Shown here: positions 60,209-64,000 of the stretch, piece after piece | Position numbering within the stretch: the stretch's first letter is position 1 | Layout: every line of letters begins with the position of its first letter | Origin: an uncultured virus (IMG/VR IMGVR_UViG_3300032245_000303) | Lineage: Duplodnaviria > Heunggongvirae > Uroviricota > Caudoviricetes | Virus record (IMG/VR): IMGVR_UViG_3300032245_000303 | Direction: 5' to 3' (one strand) | Length of the DNA stretch: 64,000 bases | Translations under genes and position numbers: made by a program | The notes under the pieces: model-generated | The model's input: the letters and a program-made list of their open reading frames with translations, nothing else | Databases searched by the model: none | What the model was told of the DNA's origin: nothing

Positions 60209-60592
60209 GATATAAGTTTCCTATATAGTTAATGTCTGCATTGCGTTATTGCCTTGCCGACAGTTCCTATTATACGGGTTCTTGCCATGCCATGCTGAAA
60301 AGCCTGTTAGTCCTGTGACTAACATTGACCCCTATACCCCATTTTGTAGATTTGGTTCCATACCAACCTATAGGTCTACTATTACGCACACTACTAATCC
60401 AATATTTACAAATCACCCCCCGTCATCATTTTTAAGTACCTAGCCTAAAAAATTTTTTATATAAAAATCAAGCACTTAAGTTCACATAAAATTCGGCCGT
60501 GTAATTCATGGTTTTACGTAGGACATACTATATATAGGGGTGCACAATGCAGTTATACACACGGTGTGTATAAAATTTTAAGGAGTATTACG

Positions 60593-60670
60593 ATGGCAAC
60601 TTGGACTAAACCAGCAGCTACAGAAATGCGTTTTGGCTTTGAAGTGACTATGTACGTAATGAACAAATAA
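60593..60670 (+). CDS. pqqA: Pyrroloquinoline quinone precursor peptide PqqA (25 aa; not in ORF track)
   Basis: Manual translation MATWTKPAATEMRFGFEVTMYVMNK*, with the W-x-K-P...R-x-G-F-E-V-T-x-Y PqqA signature (ExxxY). AAGGAG RBS at 60580-60585. Confidence 0.95.
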   Translation: MATWTKPAATEMRFGFEVTMYVMNK

Positions 60671-60728
60671 TGATTATTGTAACGGACTGCTACTAAGTCA
60701 CAAATAAGTAATAATTGCGTTATATACT

Positions 60729-60751
60729 AAGGGGCCTCGTGCCCCTTTTTT
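60729..60751 (+). terminator. Rho-independent terminator after pqqA
   Basis: AAGGGGC-CTCGT-GCCCCTT followed by a T-run. Confidence 0.8.
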
Positions 60752-60777
60752 ATTGCTTTTTATGTATACTATATAGT

Positions 60778-61122
60778 ATGGCCCCCAAAATACTTACTAG
60801 ACGAAATTTAAGAATACTATATGGTGCACTTATTAAAATGCCACCGTTTAATCAGTATCGTATGCCTGCATCCCACAAGATTCAATTTGCAGTAAAGAAG
60901 TTAGACGGAGCCCTAGGATACTTTTATACAGAGCCTTGCCGAATTGAACTCGATATATCGAATGATACGTGGCATAAAATGAGTGAGACGTTATTGCATG
61001 AGATGATTCACTTGTGTCGATACCACAACGGCAAGTGGGATTTTGATTCACATAACCACAACTTCATGGGTTTGGCTCAAAGAATATGTGACATATATAT
61101 GTTTGATATAGACACGTTCTAA
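60778..61122 (+). CDS. SprT-like zinc metalloprotease
   Basis: ETLLHEMIH...H...F. Start set at MAPKIL because the listed upstream extension crosses the terminator. Confidence 0.7.
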   Translation: MAPKILTRRNLRILYGALIKMPPFNQYRMPASHKIQFAVKKLDGALGYFYTEPCRIELDISNDTWHKMSETLLHEMIHLCRYHNGKWDFDSHNHNFMGLAQRICDIYMFDIDTF

Positions 61123-61170
61123 CAAATTAATATATAATGCGCAAACCCCATATCAATCTGGACATAAGAT

Positions 61171-61815
61171 TTGATGCAACTAAACATAGAACCCGACGTA
61201 GGTATTGAGTTACCTGAAAACAATATTCCACTAGCTGACTTTAAAGAGAAAGCGGATGCCGCATGCGCGACAGCTGAGTATCTCGAACTAAAGATAGAAC
61301 CCACCGAAGAAGATAAAGAGAAAGCTGAAGAAGTTATTCTCAAGCTTGCTGAAGACCCAGACAAGGGGAACCGGAAAGCCCTGACGCAATCTAAACATTT
61401 TTCAGCGCCCACATATATACAGACTAAACACATATTAGATTCTTATGCGTTGAAGGTGGTTGAGAACGCCACACAGATAAGACTGTTAGTAACAAATAAA
61501 CTCATCCTGGAGTCAGAGAATGAAGATGCGAAGATTAGACTTCGTGCACTCGAGCTACTTGGTAAGATTACAGACGTGGGACTTTTCACAGAAAAATCAG
61601 AAGTCACAGTGAATAACCGTTCATCACAAGAGTTAGTCAATACACTCAAAGATAAAATTAGAAAACTTATGTACCCACAAGAAAATGTTCAGGACGCTGA
61701 GACTGTGGAGTCAGTTGAACTTGATGGTGAGACTGTAGATATAGATAAAGAATTAGGAATAGAACCTGCCGAATCTAACGAACAGTATGATGATGACACA
61801 GACAAACCAGCTTGA
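61171..61815 (+). CDS. Putative terminase small subunit
   Basis: RLRALELLGK...VGLFTEKSEVTV; directly upstream of and overlapping the large subunit. Confidence 0.65.
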   Translation: MMQLNIEPDVGIELPENNIPLADFKEKADAACATAEYLELKIEPTEEDKEKAEEVILKLAEDPDKGNRKALTQSKHFSAPTYIQTKHILDSYALKVVENATQIRLLVTNKLILESENEDAKIRLRALELLGKITDVGLFTEKSEVTVNNRSSQELVNTLKDKIRKLMYPQENVQDAETVESVELDGETVDIDKELGIEPAESNEQYDDDTDKPA

Positions 61816-63340
61816 GTCTTTAGATGATGTGGAATTAAATTTTCTCCTCAATAATTTAGATGAGTTTGATTTAACTGACCAGGAAGAAATAGACTTAGTA
61901 TTAGTTGAGTTAGAAAGACGTCAGAGTGCTCAAGCGTGTCGTGAGGACTTGATTGAGTTTTGTAAAAAGATGCAGTCTGATTATAAAGTGGGTAAGCACC
62001 ACAGACGACTTGCAGACTTGCTAATGAATATTGCAGAAGGTACTGAGACAAGAATATGTGTGAACATGCCACCTCGTCATGGTAAATCTCAACTTGTATC
62101 TATATATTTTCCAGCATGGTTCTTAGGAAAGTATCCAGATAAAAAAGTTTTGATGGTATCACATACGACTGACTTAGCGGTTGACTTTGGTAGAAAGGTA
62201 AGGAACTTAATTGATAATCCTGCATATAAACAAATATTTCCTACAGTTACTTTGGCTGCAGATAATAAATCTGCTGGTCGGTGGAATACGAATGTTGGCG
62301 GTGAGTATTTTGCTTGTGGTGTGGGTTCCGCTCTTGCTGGTCGTGGCGCTGATTTACTCCTTGTTGATGACCCTCACAACGAGCAGGATATTATTAGCGG
62401 GAACTTCGAGATATTCGAGAAGGCATATGAATGGTTTACATATGGTGCGAGAACACGACTTATGCCAAAAGGACGTGTCGCGATTGTACAAACTCGATGG
62501 CACCAAGATGACTTAACTGGACGTGTTGTCCGTGACATGCTCAATAATGAGGAAGCAGACCAGTATGAAGTGGTTGAGTTCCCTGCAATATTTAATGAAG
62601 GCGCTAAGGATGAGAAAGCACTTTGGCCAGAACAATATACCTTACAAGCATTACGTCAAACAAAAGCGTCCATGCCCGTGTTCCAGTGGAACGCACAGTA
62701 TCAACAGAATCCTACGGCAGAAGAAGCATCTGTTATAAAAAGGGAATGGTGGAATATATGGAAAGAAGAAAGACCACCACAATGTGAATATATTATTATG
62801 AGTCTTGATGCCGCAGCCGAAACTAACAATCGAGCTGACTTTACTGCCCTCACTACATGGGGAGTATTTATGAATGAGGAAAAAGAAGCGTATAATATAA
62901 TACTATTAAATAGTATTAAGAAACGGTTAGAATTTCCAGACCTAAAAGATTTAGCTTTAAATGAGTATAAAGAATGGGAACCTGATAGTTTTATTGTAGA
63001 AAAGAAGTCAGCAGGTACAGCTTTATATCAAGAATTAAGAAGAATGGGTATGCCGGTGCAAGAATATACCCCACATCGTGGAAGTGGTGATAAACTAGCA
63101 AGATTAAATAGTGTAGCCGATATTGTAAAGTCTGGACTATGTTGGATACCAGAAGCAAGGTGGGGCGAAGAAGTTATAGAAGAAATTGCAGGATTTCCAT
63201 TTATGAGTCATGATGACTTGGTGGACTCAACCACAATGGCACTCATGCGATTCAGACAAGGTGGGTTTATTAGGTTACCTTCAGACGAACCTGATGAATT
63301 AAAAATGTTTAAGTCAAGAAGAACTAAAGGTTATTACTAA
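61787..63340 (+). CDS. Terminase large subunit
   Basis: NMPPRHGKS (Walker A), GRGADLLLVDDP, QTRWHQDDL, YQQNP, SLDAA, HDDLVDS. Confidence 0.95.
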   Translation: MMMTQTNQLESLDDVELNFLLNNLDEFDLTDQEEIDLVLVELERRQSAQACREDLIEFCKKMQSDYKVGKHHRRLADLLMNIAEGTETRICVNMPPRHGKSQLVSIYFPAWFLGKYPDKKVLMVSHTTDLAVDFGRKVRNLIDNPAYKQIFPTVTLAADNKSAGRWNTNVGGEYFACGVGSALAGRGADLLLVDDPHNEQDIISGNFEIFEKAYEWFTYGARTRLMPKGRVAIVQTRWHQDDLTGRVVRDMLNNEEADQYEVVEFPAIFNEGAKDEKALWPEQYTLQALRQTKASMPVFQWNAQYQQNPTAEEASVIKREWWNIWKEERPPQCEYIIMSLDAAAETNNRADFTALTTWGVFMNEEKEAYNIILLNSIKKRLEFPDLKDLALNEYKEWEPDSFIVEKKSAGTALYQELRRMGMPVQEYTPHRGSGDKLARLNSVADIVKSGLCWIPEARWGEEVIEEIAGFPFMSHDDLVDSTTMALMRFRQGGFIRLPSDEPDELKMFKSRRTKGYY

Positions 63341-63349
63341 GGAAAAACT

Positions 63350-64000
63350 ATGGCAACTAATATAGATAAAGGTTTATACGCAGCACCTCAAGGAATTGAA
63401 GAGGCAGCTCAACAAGAGGCTCCAATTGAAATACAAATTGAAGACCCTGAGTCTGTCAAAATTGGAATGGATGGCTTAGAAGTTATCCTTGACAATTCAG
63501 TAGAAAAAGGTGAAGACGAATTCAACGAAAATCTTGCAGAACTTTTATCTGATGGTGAGTTAGCTGAATTATCGGGTGATTTAATTGGTGATTTTGATGG
63601 CGATGTATCATCAAGAAAAGACTGGATACAAACTTATGTAGACGGTTTAGAGTTATTAGGTTTAAAAATTGAAGAAAGAGCTGAGCCATGGGAAGGCGCA
63701 TGTGGTGTATATCACCCGTTATTAGCTGAAGCTTTAGTTAAGTTCCAATCAGAAACTATGATGTCCATTTTCCCAGCAAAAGGACCCGTCAAAACTATCA
63801 TTGTTGGTAAAGAAACACCTGAAAAGAAAAAATCTGCTGAGCGTGTTGAAGATGATATGAACTATCAGCTCACAGAAGAGATGCCAGAATACCGTCCTGA
63901 GACCGAAAGAATGCTTTGGGGTCTAGGATTAGCAGGAAATGCGTTCAAAAAAGTCTATTATGACCCACAATTACAGCGTCAAGTGGCTATGTATGTACCT
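63350..64000 (+). CDS. Portal protein, N-terminal part (3' truncated; not in ORF track)
   Basis: Manual translation MATNIDKGLY...SRKDW...EPWEGACGVYHPLLAEA...GNAFKKVYYDP..., open to the window end. Confidence 0.85.
   Translation, partial: MATNIDKGLYAAPQGIEEAAQQEAPIEIQIEDPESVKIGMDGLEVILDNSVEKGEDEFNENLAELLSDGELAELSGDLIGDFDGDVSSRKDWIQTYVDGLELLGLKIEERAEPWEGACGVYHPLLAEALVKFQSETMMSIFPAKGPVKTIIVGKETPEKKKSAERVEDDMNYQLTEEMPEYRPETERMLWGLGLAGNAFKKVYYDPQLQRQVAMYVP

Larger units (their letters stand above)
50174..60323. repeat. Dispersed 18-bp palindrome GTTAGTC-N4-GACTAAC (13 perfect, 1 with one mismatch)
   Basis: Copies start at 50174, 50991 (GGTAGTC), 52809, 54036, 55191, 56063, 57206, 57810, 58209, 58357, 58859, 59356, 59643 and 60306. 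Confidence 0.95.

Noticed and set aside
50174..60323. Palindrome array as a CRISPR array or integron attC sites
   Set aside because: Spacing is irregular (about 150 bp to 1.8 kb) with whole genes between copies, and there is no cas operon. The GTT/AAC ends recall attC cores, but the order is reversed, the arms are only 4 bp apart, they do not fit GTTRRRY, and there is no integrase.
60249..60443. Listed 64-aa ORF in the divergence region
   Set aside because: TTG start without an RBS, overlapping promoter and palindrome elements; probably non-coding.
1..64000. tRNA genes, introns, inteins or an alternative genetic code
   Set aside because: No cloverleaf was seen in the few intergenic gaps; polymerase, terminase and helicase are uninterrupted and of normal length; ORFs are intact under the standard code.

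Overview
The window is an AT-rich tailed-phage (Caudoviricetes, podovirus-like) genome, circularly permuted and apparently almost complete: the portal gene runs off the right end (63350-64000) and resumes at base 1. The + strand arm (60593-64000, then 1-38288) carries terminase, portal, GroES, scaffold, major capsid, small basic proteins, tail and fibre genes, lysis genes and large ejection-type proteins. The - strand arm (38365-60208) carries early genes, an AAA+/VWA module and replication genes (PolA, SNF2 helicase, DUF927-type primase-helicase, nucleases). I recognised no integrase, tRNA or CRISPR array. The two strongest signals are missing from the ORF track. (1) A stand-alone pqqA gene (MATWTKPAATEMRFGFEVTMYVMNK, 60593-60670) with its own RBS and terminator, which points to a Methylophilaceae-like methylotroph host and to phage supply of the PQQ precursor. 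(2) Thirteen perfect and one near-perfect copies of the 18-bp palindrome GTTAGTC-N4-GACTAAC, seen only in 50174-60323 and placed mostly just before ribosome-binding sites or inside the first codons of early genes. Other signals are a doubly pseudoknotted leader after the capsid terminator, a switch-like leader before the SNF2 helicase, an iteron-like candidate origin, a hydrophobic-x-x-G-G motif shared by many virion proteins, and apparent GATC avoidance. All calls come from reading the sequence by eye; no searches were run.
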